From Mytilus californianus (Eukaryota), in the NCBI RefSeq assembly GCF_021869535.1, contig NW_026262701.1:84258001-84322000 (forward strand): DNA of 64,000 nucleotides. The letters run 5' to 3'. The position numbers and the translations under genes were made by a program. The notes under the pieces were generated by a model. That model made no database searches. It saw only the letters and a list, made by a program, of their open reading frames with translations, and was not told the origin of the DNA. The stretch's first letter is position 1. Each line of letters starts with the position of its first letter. Shown here one piece after another: positions 63,924-64,000 of the stretch.

Positions 63924-64000
63924 AATAAGAGTGCACACGCAGAAATGTCTCGCCTGCTGTTCTACTATTGATTTTATGTTGATAGCCCTAAATATTAAGT
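63924..64000 (-). mobile_element. Terminus of a third HINE-like family A copy, running off the window
   Basis: AATAAGAGTGCACACGCAGAAATGTCTCGCC matches 2577-2610. Confidence 0.8.

Noticed and set aside
1-64000. tRNA, rRNA or snRNA genes
   Set aside because: I recognised no cloverleaf or conserved RNA motifs by eye. A covariance-model scan would be needed to exclude them fully.

Overview
AT-rich eukaryotic genomic DNA. The repeat families and intron style suggest a bivalve, probably Mytilus-like (inference). One host gene is well supported: a minus-strand SLC4 bicarbonate transporter with 20 exons I reconstructed by hand (55784 to 30958, about 1035 aa from the ATG at 55750). It has a one-base frameshift in a T7 run, an AE1-like Arg in an otherwise Na+-coupled-type ion site, and a C-terminal tail built from duplicated phase-0 exons. 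The rest is dense in mobile DNA: a 3'-truncated BEL/Pao LTR retroelement, an ISL2EU-type relic with convergent YqaJ and DDE fragments, LINE and Penelope-like RT fragments, several Helentron-associated (HINE-like) elements and TA-site MITEs. The most striking structure is a 4.0-kb foldback element (11480-15518) with an exact 9-bp target-site duplication, whose inverted arms each carry a 178-bp tandem array, meeting head-to-head with no spacer. I recognised no rRNA, tRNA or CRISPR array.
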